Shown here in pieces: positions 16,783 through 26,344 of a stretch of DNA of 40,570 nucleotides; the first letter of the stretch is position 1; every line of letters starts with the position of its first letter. A program made the position numbers and the translations under genes. This DNA comes from Desulfobacteraceae bacterium. Its GTDB lineage: Bacteria; Desulfobacterota; Desulfobacteria; Desulfobacterales; UBA2174. The notes beneath the pieces were generated by a model. That model did no database searches. It was not told the DNA's origin and saw only the letters and a list, made by a program, of their open reading frames with translations. The stretch lies in the NCBI GenBank assembly GCA_011042305.1, contig DQXI01000238.1:1-40570 (forward strand), read 5' to 3'.

Positions 16783-18201
16783 TTATTGGCCGGCCGCTTT
16801 GCGCGCCATCTCCAAGGCCTCCCGGCGGGTGGTGATTTGGCCGGCGTCCCGGGCCGCGGTCACCCTGGCCAGGATCTCGCCGATGCGCGGCCCGGGGGCC
16901 AGGCCCAGGGCCAGCAGGTCACGGCCGGTGATCAGGGGCCGGGCACCCAGGGCCGGCACGACGATGTCAAAATAGGCTTCGAGGGTTTCGCGGCCCCACT
17001 GCAGGCGGCGCCGGCGCTCGTCGGCATCGGCCGCCGGGCCGCGCTTGGCCAGGGTGTCGGCCATGCAAAGCAGGACCAGCAGCACCATGTCGTCTCCCAG
17101 CCGGCGGCCCCATTTCATCAACGTCCCCGGCCGTACTCCCGGCCTGGACCAATCGGCGGCCTGCATGTGGCGGGCCACCAGCAAAACGAGCCGCTCCCGG
17201 TCGTGCGTGGCGAGCTTCAGGCGCCGGGCGGCAGCCTCGGCCTGCACGGCACCGGCCTTGGCGTGTCCGTAAAAAAGGACCTGGCCCGTCCCGGGCGCCT
17301 CCCGGCGGCAGGCGGGCTTGCCCAGGTCGTGCAGCAGGCATGCCAGCTTGAGCACGGGCAGGCGCCGCCGGGTGTGCAGCAGTTCAAGGACCGCACCGGC
17401 GGCCGCGCCGAAACGGGCCGCCGGTTCCGCCAGCAGCGCCTCAAGCTGTTCCAGTACCGCCAGGCTGTGCCCCCAAACATCCAGGTGATGGTAGGCGTTC
17501 TGGCCGCAGCCCTTCAAGGGCCGGATTTCCGGCAGGATCGCCTCCAGGGCGCCCAGTTCGTCCAGGATCCGGATGTGACCGGCGCTGGCCGGCTGGGCCA
17601 ACAGGTCGAAGATCTCCTTGACGCAGCGCTCCACCGCCACGGAGACAAGGGCCGCCGCCTCCCGCCGGGCCAAATCCAGCGTAACCGGCGCCATGACAAA
17701 CCCCAACTGGGCGGCGATGCGCACGGCGCGCAGAATGCGCACCGGGTCATCCCGAAACGCGTTAGGCCCGCAGGCGCGGATGATCCGGGTCTCAAGATCC
17801 CGGCGTCCGCCCAAGGGATCGATCACCGGCCCGAATCCGGCTCCCGGCAGAATCGGCAAGGCCATGGCGTTGACGGTAAAATCGCGCCGCCCCAGGTCGG
17901 CCGCCACGCTGCCGCCGGCAATGGGCGACAGATCCAGAAAGTCCTCGGGGTCGGCCGGGGAAACCACCCGGTGGCAGGGGGCATCGGCCTTCTTGAGAAA
18001 CGGCACCACCGTGGCCTGGTGAATCCGCCCCAACCGCCGGGCCAGGGCCTCGGCCTGCGGGCAGATCAGGTCCAGGTCCTTGTGGGGCCGGCCGAGCAGA
18101 TGGTCGCGCACCGCCCCGCCCACCATGAACAGCGACGGCAGGTCGGATCCCAGCGGCGCCAGCCAGCGGCGCAGTTGGCTTGTGGCATCGGTGGTGGACA
18201 T
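16783..18201 (-). CDS. Class II tRNA nucleotidyltransferase with HD domain (probably CC-adding)
   Basis: VGGAVRD, DLD, RRDFTVNAM, DPLGG, DDPVRILR, ER; HD region HHLDVWGHSL/LLHDLGKP; C-terminal GRDL..LG..PGP.IG. Start placed at MSTT (18201). Confidence 0.9.
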   Translation of the reverse strand: MSTTDATSQLRRWLAPLGSDLPSLFMVGGAVRDHLLGRPHKDLDLICPQAEALARRLGRIHQATVVPFLKKADAPCHRVVSPADPEDFLDLSPIAGGSVAADLGRRDFTVNAMALPILPGAGFGPVIDPLGGRRDLETRIIRACGPNAFRDDPVRILRAVRIAAQLGFVMAPVTLDLARREAAALVSVAVERCVKEIFDLLAQPASAGHIRILDELGALEAILPEIRPLKGCGQNAYHHLDVWGHSLAVLEQLEALLAEPAARFGAAAGAVLELLHTRRRLPVLKLACLLHDLGKPACRREAPGTGQVLFYGHAKAGAVQAEAAARRLKLATHDRERLVLLVARHMQAADWSRPGVRPGTLMKWGRRLGDDMVLLVLLCMADTLAKRGPAADADERRRRLQWGRETLEAYFDIVVPALGARPLITGRDLLALGLAPGPRIGEILARVTAARDAGQITTRREALEMARKAAGQ

Positions 18202-18249
18202 CTCAAATCTCTCCGGTGAACTTGCGCCGTTTGCCATGTCTTCCGGAAC

Positions 18250-18277
18250 TTGAAAAATAATCTCAGCCATGTACCAT
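18250..18277 (+). promoter_or_regulatory. Putative sigma70 promoter of mscS
   Basis: TTGAAA-16 bp-TACCAT, about 20 bp before the SD. Confidence 0.4.
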
Positions 18278-18299
18278 TGTAAAAAAGGAAAGAGGCTTC

Positions 18300-19679
18300 A
18301 TGATAGCATGTCGGTGTCGTTTTTACATGATCTGCCTGTCAGTTCTTCTTGTCGCCTCGGCCCTTCTGGCGGCCCCGGCAGCCGGCACCCCTGTCGCCGA
18401 CGCGGAAACCGGTGAGGAGGATCGCCGTCCCAGCGTGGTGCAGACGGAAAAAATCGATGCCGCCGGCGAGCGTCTCGGTGCGGGGATCGAGCAACTCGAG
18501 TCACTGGCCGCCCGACACCTGGGCAAATGGATCAAGGCCCGAATCATTTTCGACATCAGTTGGCTCAGGCTGCTCACTTGCCTGGTGATGATCTTTGTGG
18601 CGGTTTTCGTCGAGCGCATCCTGCGCTGGATCCTGCGGCGGCGTCAGATTCGCCTGGAGGACGAAGCGGGTCCGGACAATCTGTGGGCGCGGCTTTTGCT
18701 CAAGGCCCTGATCCGGCCGTTGTCGCTCTTTGTCTGGGTCTACGGCATCTACATCGCCCTGTCGCCGCTGTTTATCCACTTTGATCGTCCCGACGGGGCC
18801 AACCTCGTCCACCTGGTGGCCCAGCGAACGGCCGATATCGGCGGTCTGTTCGCCCTGTTCTGGTTTTTGCTCAACCTGGTGCGGCTGCTGGATGAACGTT
18901 TGCGGCGCTGGGCCGCGGCCACCGAGAGCACCATCGACGACATGCTCGCCCCCCTGGTGGGCAAGACCCTGCGCATCTTCATCGGGGCCATCGGGACCGT
19001 CGTCATCCTGCAAAATCTTACCGGCGTCCAGATCGGCCCCCTGCTGGCCTCCCTGGGAATCGGCGGCTTGGCCGTGGCCCTGGCCGCCAAGGACACCATC
19101 GGCAATTTTTTCGGCACGTTGACCATTCTCTTCGACAAGCCGTTCCAGATAGGCGAACGGATCGTCATCGAGGGTCAGGACGGTACCGTGGAGGCAGTGG
19201 GGTTCCGCAGCACCCGCCTTCGGACCCTGACGGGCAACCTGGTGACCATTCCCAACGAGAAGGTGGTCAATTCGGTGCTGGAAAACATCGGCAAGCGGCC
19301 CAACATCCGCTGGCTCACCCACATCGGCCTGCCCTACGACACCCCGCCGGAGAAAGTCGAGCAGGCCGTGGCGATCCTGCGCGAGCTGCTCGAAAACCAC
19401 GAGGGGATGCACCCGGACTGGCCGCCTCGGGTCTACTTCAACGGGTTCAACGACTGGAGCCTCAACATCACGGTGGTGCTCTGGTACCATCCCCCCGACT
19501 GGTGGGCCTACCAGGCCTGGCTCCAGCAGACCTGCCTGCAGATCATGCGCCGTTTTGCCGCCGAAGGGATCGAATTCGCCTTTCCGTCCCAGACGGTGTA
19601 CCTGGCCGGCGACGACCGGCGCCAGGTGACGCTGAAGATGCTCGCCGGAACGACGGGCCAGGCGCCGCCGACGGCTTAG
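18300..19679 (+). CDS. MscS-family mechanosensitive channel (extended N-terminus)
   Basis: LLASLGIGGLAVALAAKDTIGNFFG, DKPFQIGE, GTVEAVGFRSTRLRT, IPNE, GIEFAFPSQT. Confidence 0.95.
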   Translation: MIACRCRFYMICLSVLLVASALLAAPAAGTPVADAETGEEDRRPSVVQTEKIDAAGERLGAGIEQLESLAARHLGKWIKARIIFDISWLRLLTCLVMIFVAVFVERILRWILRRRQIRLEDEAGPDNLWARLLLKALIRPLSLFVWVYGIYIALSPLFIHFDRPDGANLVHLVAQRTADIGGLFALFWFLLNLVRLLDERLRRWAAATESTIDDMLAPLVGKTLRIFIGAIGTVVILQNLTGVQIGPLLASLGIGGLAVALAAKDTIGNFFGTLTILFDKPFQIGERIVIEGQDGTVEAVGFRSTRLRTLTGNLVTIPNEKVVNSVLENIGKRPNIRWLTHIGLPYDTPPEKVEQAVAILRELLENHEGMHPDWPPRVYFNGFNDWSLNITVVLWYHPPDWWAYQAWLQQTCLQIMRRFAAEGIEFAFPSQTVYLAGDDRRQVTLKMLAGTTGQAPPTA

Positions 19680-19777
19680 GTGAAAGGCTTGACCGTCGCC
19701 GCTGCTCCCGTTTATACGCTTGACTCGACGGCAGGGTTTCTTTTTTTAGCGCGAACGCAGGTGGAGCCGGAATTCGA

Positions 19778-20719
19778 ATGAAAACGAACCAGGACGAACA
19801 GACGAACCTGCCGGTGGAGGCGCCGGGCAAAAGCCTGGTGCGCCTGGATCCCCTCCAGCGCTATCTGGCCGAAATCCGGCGCTATCCCCTGCTGAGCCGG
19901 GAAGAGGAGCATGAGCTGGCCGTGCGGGTCTACGAGGAAAACGACCCTGAAGCGGCCTTGAAGCTCATCACCGCCAACCTGCGCCTGGTGGTCAAGATCG
20001 CCATGGACTTCCAGGGCATCTGGATGCAAAACCTCCTCGACCTGGTGCAGGAGGGCAACATCGGGCTGATGCAGGCCGTCAAGAAATTCGATCCGTACAA
20101 GAACGTCAAGTTTTCCTACTACGCGGCATTCTGGATCAAGGCCTACATCTACCGTTTCATCATGGCCAACTGGCGCCTGGTGAAAATCGGCACCACCCAG
20201 AACCAGCGCAAGCTCTTCTTCAAGCTCAAGCAGGAGAAGCAGCGGCTCATCGAGCAGGGCTTCGATCCCCAGCCCAAGCTGCTCGCCAGCCGCCTGGGGG
20301 TCAGCCAGGACGAGGTCATCGAGATGGACCAGCGCCTGGACGGCTGGGACATATCGCTGGACCAGCCGGTCAAGGACGACTCGGACACCGAGCGCATGGA
20401 CCTGTTGAGCCTGGAAAGCGAATCGGTGGAGGACCAACTGGCCCAGATGCAGATCGAGCAGATCCTCAAGCGCAAGATCGGCGAGTTTCGCGCCCAACTA
20501 AACGCACGCGAGAAGGAAATCTTCGAGCAGCGCATGCTCTCCGACAACCCTTCGACCCTCCAGGAAATCGGCGACCGCCACGGGGTGAGCAAGGAGCGGA
20601 TCCGCCAGATCGAAAACCAGCTCATCAAGCGCCTGCGCGCCTTCATCCGGGAGGAAATCCCCGACTTCAACCCCGATGACCTTTTTAACGAAGCCGGGGC
20701 CCTGGCCAAAAGCCGCTGA
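19778..20719 (+). CDS. rpoH: RNA polymerase sigma-32 (RpoH) factor
   Basis: ANLRLVVKIA, DLVQEGNIGLMQAVKKFDP, RpoH box QRKLFFKL, TLQEIG..GVSKERIRQIE. Confidence 0.9.
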   Translation: MKTNQDEQTNLPVEAPGKSLVRLDPLQRYLAEIRRYPLLSREEEHELAVRVYEENDPEAALKLITANLRLVVKIAMDFQGIWMQNLLDLVQEGNIGLMQAVKKFDPYKNVKFSYYAAFWIKAYIYRFIMANWRLVKIGTTQNQRKLFFKLKQEKQRLIEQGFDPQPKLLASRLGVSQDEVIEMDQRLDGWDISLDQPVKDDSDTERMDLLSLESESVEDQLAQMQIEQILKRKIGEFRAQLNAREKEIFEQRMLSDNPSTLQEIGDRHGVSKERIRQIENQLIKRLRAFIREEIPDFNPDDLFNEAGALAKSR

Positions 20720-20743
20720 GAGACGGCCGATCGGTGGGCCGGG

Positions 20744-21973
20744 CTAAAACAGCGCCACCGCCACGGGATCGCCCTTTTCCAGGCCCTCGGTGTTCATGTC
20801 GACGGCGATAAGGCCGTCGGCCTGCACCATGGTGCGGATCAGGCCGGATTTTCCCAGGATCGGCTCGGCCAGGATCTCGCCGTCGGCGCCCTGGCCCAGG
20901 CGCACCCGCACGAAATCCACCCGGCCGGCGGCCGACTCGAGGTTGCGCGTCAGCCGTGCCATCACCGGAGGTCTCCGGGCTTCGGCCGTCAGGCCGGAGA
21001 GCCGGTCGAGGAAGGGACGTACCACGGCGGTAAAGACCACCATGGCCGAGGTGACGTGCCCCGGCAGGCCCCAGACGAGCTTGGCGCCGCTTTGCGCCAG
21101 GATGGTCGGCTTGCCCGGGCTGATGGTGATGCCATGGACCCGGATGCGGCTGTCGGGCAGCTCGGCCAGGGCCTCGACAGTAAAGTCGCGCATCCCCAGG
21201 GAACTGCCCCCGGAGATCAACACCATGTCGTTTTCCGCCGCCGCCTGGCGGCACACGGCCTTGAGCCGCTGCAAGTCGTCGCCCACCAGCCCGTATTTGG
21301 CCGGGATGGCGCCGGCCTGGCGCACAAGGTCGGCCAGGGTGTGGGTGTTGACGTCGCGGATCTGCCCGGGCCCAGGCTTGGCCTCGGCGGGCACGATCTC
21401 GTCGCCGGTGGAAATGATTCCCACCCGGGGACGGCGATGGACGCGGACCCGGGTGATGCCCAACGAGGCCATCAGCCCGGCGTCCTGGGGCCGCAAGCGC
21501 CGGCCGGCGGCGATCAAGGTCTCGCCGCGACAAAGGTCTTCACCGGCGCAAATGACATGCTGCCCCGGGGCCACGCTGCGGTAGACCTCGATGGTGGTGT
21601 CGTCCAGGATCGCCGCATGCTCGACCATCGCCACCGCGTCGGCCCCCGGCGGCAGCATGCCGCCGGTGGAAATTTTCATCGCCTCCCCCGGCCCCACCGC
21701 CTTGACGGGCACCTCGCCCATGGCGATGCGGCCGGTGACGTTGAGGTAGGCCGGGTTGGCCTCGGACGCCCCGAAGGTGCTCGCCGCGGCAACGGCAAAG
21801 CCGTCCATGGTGGCCCTGGCGAAAGGCGGGACGTCCTCCTGGGCCGTGATCGGCTCGGCCAGCACCCGTCCCAGGGTGGAGCCCAACGGCTTGGGCTCGC
21901 TGTCGGTGGGAAGAACCTCCTCGACCATGGCCAGAACGTCTTTCAGGTCGGTAACCTGGAAAAAGGGCTTCAT
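20744..21973 (-). CDS. moeA: Molybdopterin molybdotransferase MoeA
   Basis: PPFARATMDGFAV, ISTGGMLPPGADAV, STGDEIV, SGGSSLG..D, PGKPT, GLPGH. Confidence 0.95.
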   Translation of the reverse strand: MKPFFQVTDLKDVLAMVEEVLPTDSEPKPLGSTLGRVLAEPITAQEDVPPFARATMDGFAVAAASTFGASEANPAYLNVTGRIAMGEVPVKAVGPGEAMKISTGGMLPPGADAVAMVEHAAILDDTTIEVYRSVAPGQHVICAGEDLCRGETLIAAGRRLRPQDAGLMASLGITRVRVHRRPRVGIISTGDEIVPAEAKPGPGQIRDVNTHTLADLVRQAGAIPAKYGLVGDDLQRLKAVCRQAAAENDMVLISGGSSLGMRDFTVEALAELPDSRIRVHGITISPGKPTILAQSGAKLVWGLPGHVTSAMVVFTAVVRPFLDRLSGLTAEARRPPVMARLTRNLESAAGRVDFVRVRLGQGADGEILAEPILGKSGLIRTMVQADGLIAVDMNTEGLEKGDPVAVALF

Positions 21974-22222
21974 CTCGGCTGGTCCGCCTTTCTTGGCAAG
22001 GATAATTTCCGGGATTCTTCAGCGCCCGTCACCCCGGGCACCGAACGGGGGGGGGCATTTCGCACGGCTGAAAATTTCCCGAAGGTTATGGGGCAAATCG
22101 ACATGCTCCCTCCTTGGCGCCGGACGCGATCATACTACAGCCAACCCCGGCGGCCAAGCCCCCGGCGGCTGCCCGGCGGCCACCAGGTGCCGGTCCGGGA
22201 AGACGCCGAAGCCCCGGCCTAC

Positions 22223-22250
22223 TTGCAAAATCGGACAAATCACGTATAAA
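22223..22250 (+). promoter_or_regulatory. Putative sigma70 promoter of the DEAD-box helicase
   Basis: TTGCAA-16 bp-TATAAA, about 50 bp upstream of the ATG. Confidence 0.5.
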
Positions 22251-22298
22251 GAATAAGATTCTGCCCAAAGGGCGAAACCATAGACAGGACGATTCCGC

Positions 22299-23945
22299 AT
22301 GACCGACGCAGTCGACTCGCAAACATCCGGCCAACGCGCTCCGGCACCGACCTTTCTGACCCAGACCCGTTTCTCCGATTTCGACCTGCACCCTTCCCTG
22401 CTCCAGGGATTGGATGACAGCGGTTTTACCCGCTGCACGCCCATCCAGGCCGAAACCCTGCCCATCTCGCTGGCCGGCCGGGACGTGGCCGGCCAGGCCC
22501 AGACCGGCACCGGCAAGACGGCCGCCTTCATGGTGACAGTGCTCCAGCGGCTGACGGTGGAACCGCGGCCCGAGGACGGGTCCCCGCGGGCCCTCGTGGT
22601 GGCCCCCACCCGCGAGCTGGCCCAGCAGACCTACGAGGAAGCCCTCAATATCGGCCGCCACCTCGACCTGAAGGTGGTGCAGGTGGTGGGCGGCATCGAC
22701 TACGACAAGCAGGCCGAAGCCCTCAAAAACGGCGTGGACATCGTGGTGGGCACCCCAGGGCGGGTCATCGACTACATCAAGCAGGGGATCTTCAATACCA
22801 AGTGGATCCGCATCGTGGTCATCGACGAGGCCGACCGGCTCTTCGACCTGGGCTTCACCCAGGACATGCGCTTCATCCTGCGCAAGTTGCCCAGCTACGA
22901 AAAGCGCCAGTCCATGCTCTTTTCCGCCACCCTCTCCTACCGGGTGCTCGAGCTGACCTACGAGTACATGAACCTGCCCGAGTTTATCTCGGTGACCCCC
23001 CAGGACGTCGCCGTGGAGGGCATCGCCCAGGAGCTTTTCCACGTGGGCGAGGAGCAGAAGCTGCCTCTTTTGCTCGGGCTGCTGCAGCGGGAAAAATGGG
23101 AACGGGTGCTGATCTTCGTCAACACCAAGGTGGGCGTCGAATGGCTGACGCGCAAGCTCAAGGGCAACGGCCTGCCGGCCGAGATGATCACCGGGGACCT
23201 GCCCCAGAAGAAGCGCTTCCAGCTGATGGACCGCTACAAAAGCGGCAAGATCAAGATTCTGGTGGCAACCGATGTCGCCTCCCGGGGCATCCACGTGGAA
23301 GACATCAGCCACGTGATCAACTACGACCTGCCCCAGGATGCGGAAAACTACGTCCATCGCATCGGCCGAACCGCCCGGGCCGGCAAGCAGGGCAAGGCCA
23401 TCTCGCTGGCTTGCGAGCGCTACGTGCTGCACCTGGAGCCGGTGGAGAACATGCTGGGCTACAAGATCCCGGTAATCTGGCCCGAGGATGACTGGTATGC
23501 CGAAGACAAGGCCGGCCCGGTAAAAGTGGCCTCTCGCATTCGCGACAAGCGCAACGGCCGCGGCAAGCCGTCCCGCGGCGGCGAGGGACGCAAAAACGGT
23601 CCGGCCGGCCCCCGGGTGCGCGAGAAGTCCCAGCCCAAACCAATCCCCAAGCGCCCGCCGGACTATTTCCCCGGCACCTTCTTCGGCTTCGCCCCGCCCG
23701 AACCGGAACCGCAGCCGGAAAACGAAGCCCCCGCCGCCGCGGTGCCGGCGCCGGAAGCGAAAGCCGCCCCTGCCGCGAAGAGCGAAACGCCGCCGGCGGC
23801 CCAACCGGCCGAAGCGGCGCCGGCCACCGAGAACCCCAAGCCCAAGAAACGCCGCCGCCGGCCCCGCCGCCGCCGCAAGAAGCCGGAAAACGGCGCGGAA
23901 TCACCGTCCGAAACGGCCACAGACAGCACTCCGGCGGCAGACTGA
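22299..23945 (+). CDS. DEAD-box RNA helicase (RhlB-like)
   Basis: Q motif, AQTGTGKT, PTRELA, TPGR, DEAD, SAT, TDVASRG, HRIGRTARAG; disordered Pro/Ala and Arg/Lys tail. Confidence 0.96.
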   Translation: MTDAVDSQTSGQRAPAPTFLTQTRFSDFDLHPSLLQGLDDSGFTRCTPIQAETLPISLAGRDVAGQAQTGTGKTAAFMVTVLQRLTVEPRPEDGSPRALVVAPTRELAQQTYEEALNIGRHLDLKVVQVVGGIDYDKQAEALKNGVDIVVGTPGRVIDYIKQGIFNTKWIRIVVIDEADRLFDLGFTQDMRFILRKLPSYEKRQSMLFSATLSYRVLELTYEYMNLPEFISVTPQDVAVEGIAQELFHVGEEQKLPLLLGLLQREKWERVLIFVNTKVGVEWLTRKLKGNGLPAEMITGDLPQKKRFQLMDRYKSGKIKILVATDVASRGIHVEDISHVINYDLPQDAENYVHRIGRTARAGKQGKAISLACERYVLHLEPVENMLGYKIPVIWPEDDWYAEDKAGPVKVASRIRDKRNGRGKPSRGGEGRKNGPAGPRVREKSQPKPIPKRPPDYFPGTFFGFAPPEPEPQPENEAPAAAVPAPEAKAAPAAKSETPPAAQPAEAAPATENPKPKKRRRRPRRRRKKPENGAESPSETATDSTPAAD

Positions 23946-23957
23946 CCCCAAGTTGCA

Positions 23958-24012
23958 AAAAGAAAAGCAGCGCAGCCATCCTCCCGGGACCAAGCTGCGC
24001 TGCTTTTCTTTT
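23958..24012. terminator. Bidirectional intrinsic terminator
   Basis: 19-bp arms AAAAGAAAAGCAGCGCAGC / GCTGCGCTGCTTTTCTTTT just after the helicase stop. Confidence 0.85.
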
Positions 24013-24069
24013 GGAACCTACCGCAGAATCACACCGCGATCGCCAGACCCCGAAAGCGGAATTTAAAAC

Positions 24070-24096
24070 TTGACAAGTGTAGCCCATGGGCTACAC
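24070..24096 (+). promoter_or_regulatory. Orphan TA-type promoter/operator
   Basis: TTGACA followed by the perfect 20-bp palindrome GTGTAGCCCATGGGCTACAC (24077-24096). Confidence 0.7.
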
Positions 24097-24170
24097 GACA
24101 TCTGTGCTCGTGCTCGGACTCTTGTTCGGATTGAAAGGTTAGCCGCAGGAAATCCAGGGGATATAAAACG
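24085..24170 (+). pseudogene. Internal fragment of a RelE/HigB-type addiction-module killer protein
   Basis: Translates as GLHDICARARTLVRIERLAAGNPGDIK, resembling the family pattern L.D..ARARI..RI.RL..GN.GD.K. No start and no C-terminus. Confidence 0.75.
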
Positions 24171-24239
24171 CACACCTGGATTTGATACAATAAAACCCAA
24201 CGACTCACCCCCGGGATTCACCAGACTGATCCGCTGAAA

Positions 24240-24385
24240 TGGTCTCCAGCAAGGCCGAAACGACCACGTTGGCGTCGATGACAACGGGGGTCGCTTGCGA
24301 CGCGCCCACTCGATCGCATCCCGTACCCTGTCCGGTGCCAGGTCCAATTGACGGGGTTTATCCCTGATAATGGACAGCCCCCCTT
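24240..24385 (-). pseudogene. Remnant of an antitoxin C-terminus plus a PIN-toxin N-terminus
   Basis: LSIIRDKPRQLDLAPDRVRDAIEWARRK followed, in an overlapping frame, by TPVVIDANVVVSALL. The expected GTGA stop/start overlap reads GCGA. Confidence 0.65.
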
Positions 24386-24443
24386 TTTCAACGCTCTGCC
24401 GGCCCCGAGGAGTTCCGGACGCCGGATGCGGTTGCAGGTCGGC

Positions 24444-25055
<612 letters not shown>

Positions 25056-25082
25056 CGCTCAAATCCCAGGTTTGAAAGTATC

Positions 25083-25358
25083 ATGGATCCCGTCGAATTT
25101 CCCATCACCGACATCCTGGATCTTCACACCTTCCATCCCCGGGACGTGCGCAACCTGCTCGACGACTACTTCGAGGCCTGCCTCGAGAAGCGGATCGGCT
25201 CGGTGCGCATCATCCACGGCAAGGGCCAGGGCATCCTGCGCCGCCGCGTGGAGGCGATCCTGGCGCGCCACCCGCTGGTGGCCGACTTCCGCCCGGCGCC
25301 GCCGGAGGCCGGCGGCTGGGGGGCGACCCTGGTGGATCTCAAGCCGGATAGGGAATAA
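25083..25358 (+). CDS. Stand-alone Smr/MutS2-domain protein
   Basis: DILDLHTF, VRIIHGKGQG, GGWGATLV. Confidence 0.92.
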   Translation: MDPVEFPITDILDLHTFHPRDVRNLLDDYFEACLEKRIGSVRIIHGKGQGILRRRVEAILARHPLVADFRPAPPEAGGWGATLVDLKPDRE

Positions 25359-25800
25359 AGTCGGCCAGCTGGCACAGGCGCCGGTCCAGGGCCACGAAAT
25401 CCAGGATCTCCGCTCTGGTGTACAACCGCCCTTGGCCTATCCCCGGGCACTGGCGCGCCGCCGCCTGCCAGCTCTCTTCCGAGCGCAGATGAACCAGCCA
25501 AAACGGATAGATGCGACACTGCATGGGCCGCAACGGGTAGATCCGGCACCCCTGCTCGTAGAACCAGCAGCGCCCGTCGGAGTACTCCCGGACGGCAAAC
25601 CCCTGGCCGCGAGGGATGAAAAACTCGGCCGCCGCCGCCGAGGGGCAGTGCATGAAATCGGCGATGGCCGCCGCTTCCCGGCCACCGACCCATACCAGTC
25701 CGGGTGCACCGCCGCAGCAGGCCCCGCAACGCTGGCAGGCGAAACGCAGCCCGTCATCGAAAAAATAACGGCGATCCAAAAAATCCGGATTGGAAGGCAT
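25339..25800 (-). CDS. YkgJ-family (CxxCxxCC) cysteine-cluster protein
   Basis: FACQRCGACC, CWFY..GCRIYPLRPMQCRIYPFW, CPGIG. The ATG directly follows the rseC TAA. Confidence 0.9.
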   Translation of the reverse strand: MPSNPDFLDRRYFFDDGLRFACQRCGACCGGAPGLVWVGGREAAAIADFMHCPSAAAAEFFIPRGQGFAVREYSDGRCWFYEQGCRIYPLRPMQCRIYPFWLVHLRSEESWQAAARQCPGIGQGRLYTRAEILDFVALDRRLCQLADFIPYPA

Positions 25801-26244
25801 TTAAGCGGCAGGCTGGTTGATGTCGACCGCCGTACAGCGCTCCAGGACGCGTACGATCCGGGGCTGGTAGGCGGCCATGTTGCCCATGCGGCGTCCCTTG
25901 ACGCGGACGAAGGCCACGGCGATGGCAAAACCGACCAGGGCACCCAGGACGGCCGCCTTGTCGCCGGAGAGGGCCAGGCCGACCAGGGCGCCGGCCAACA
26001 GGGCCAGTATCGGGATGATGTACAGCAGAAACATCACCTTGACAAAGGCGCCGGTGGCGATTTCCAAGCGCACCCGGTCGCCGGGGCGGGCCTTGGCATG
26101 GTTGAGCACCGAGACGGTCATCTCCCGGCCGCCGTCGTGACAAAACTCCTTGGCGCTGCACGCGGCGCAGGCCTCGCTTTTCACCGTCCGCACTTCGGCC
26201 AACGCACCGTCGACCTTGGTGACGATTCCTTCTTCGGTGGCCAT
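25801..26244 (-). CDS. RseC/MucC-family (SoxR-reducing system) membrane protein
   Basis: EEGIVTKV, ACAACSAKEFC, ARPGDRV, LLYIIPIL plus two TM helices. Confidence 0.9.
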   Translation of the reverse strand: MATEEGIVTKVDGALAEVRTVKSEACAACSAKEFCHDGGREMTVSVLNHAKARPGDRVRLEIATGAFVKVMFLLYIIPILALLAGALVGLALSGDKAAVLGALVGFAIAVAFVRVKGRRMGNMAAYQPRIVRVLERCTAVDINQPAA

Positions 26245-26344
26245 TGAAAAAAAGCTCCTTGCACCTTCGGCCGGGGCGACCGCTAAAAACACGCCCCCGC
26301 CGGCGGCGGGGGGCAATTTGGACTTGATTAAACGGCTTGCGGGG

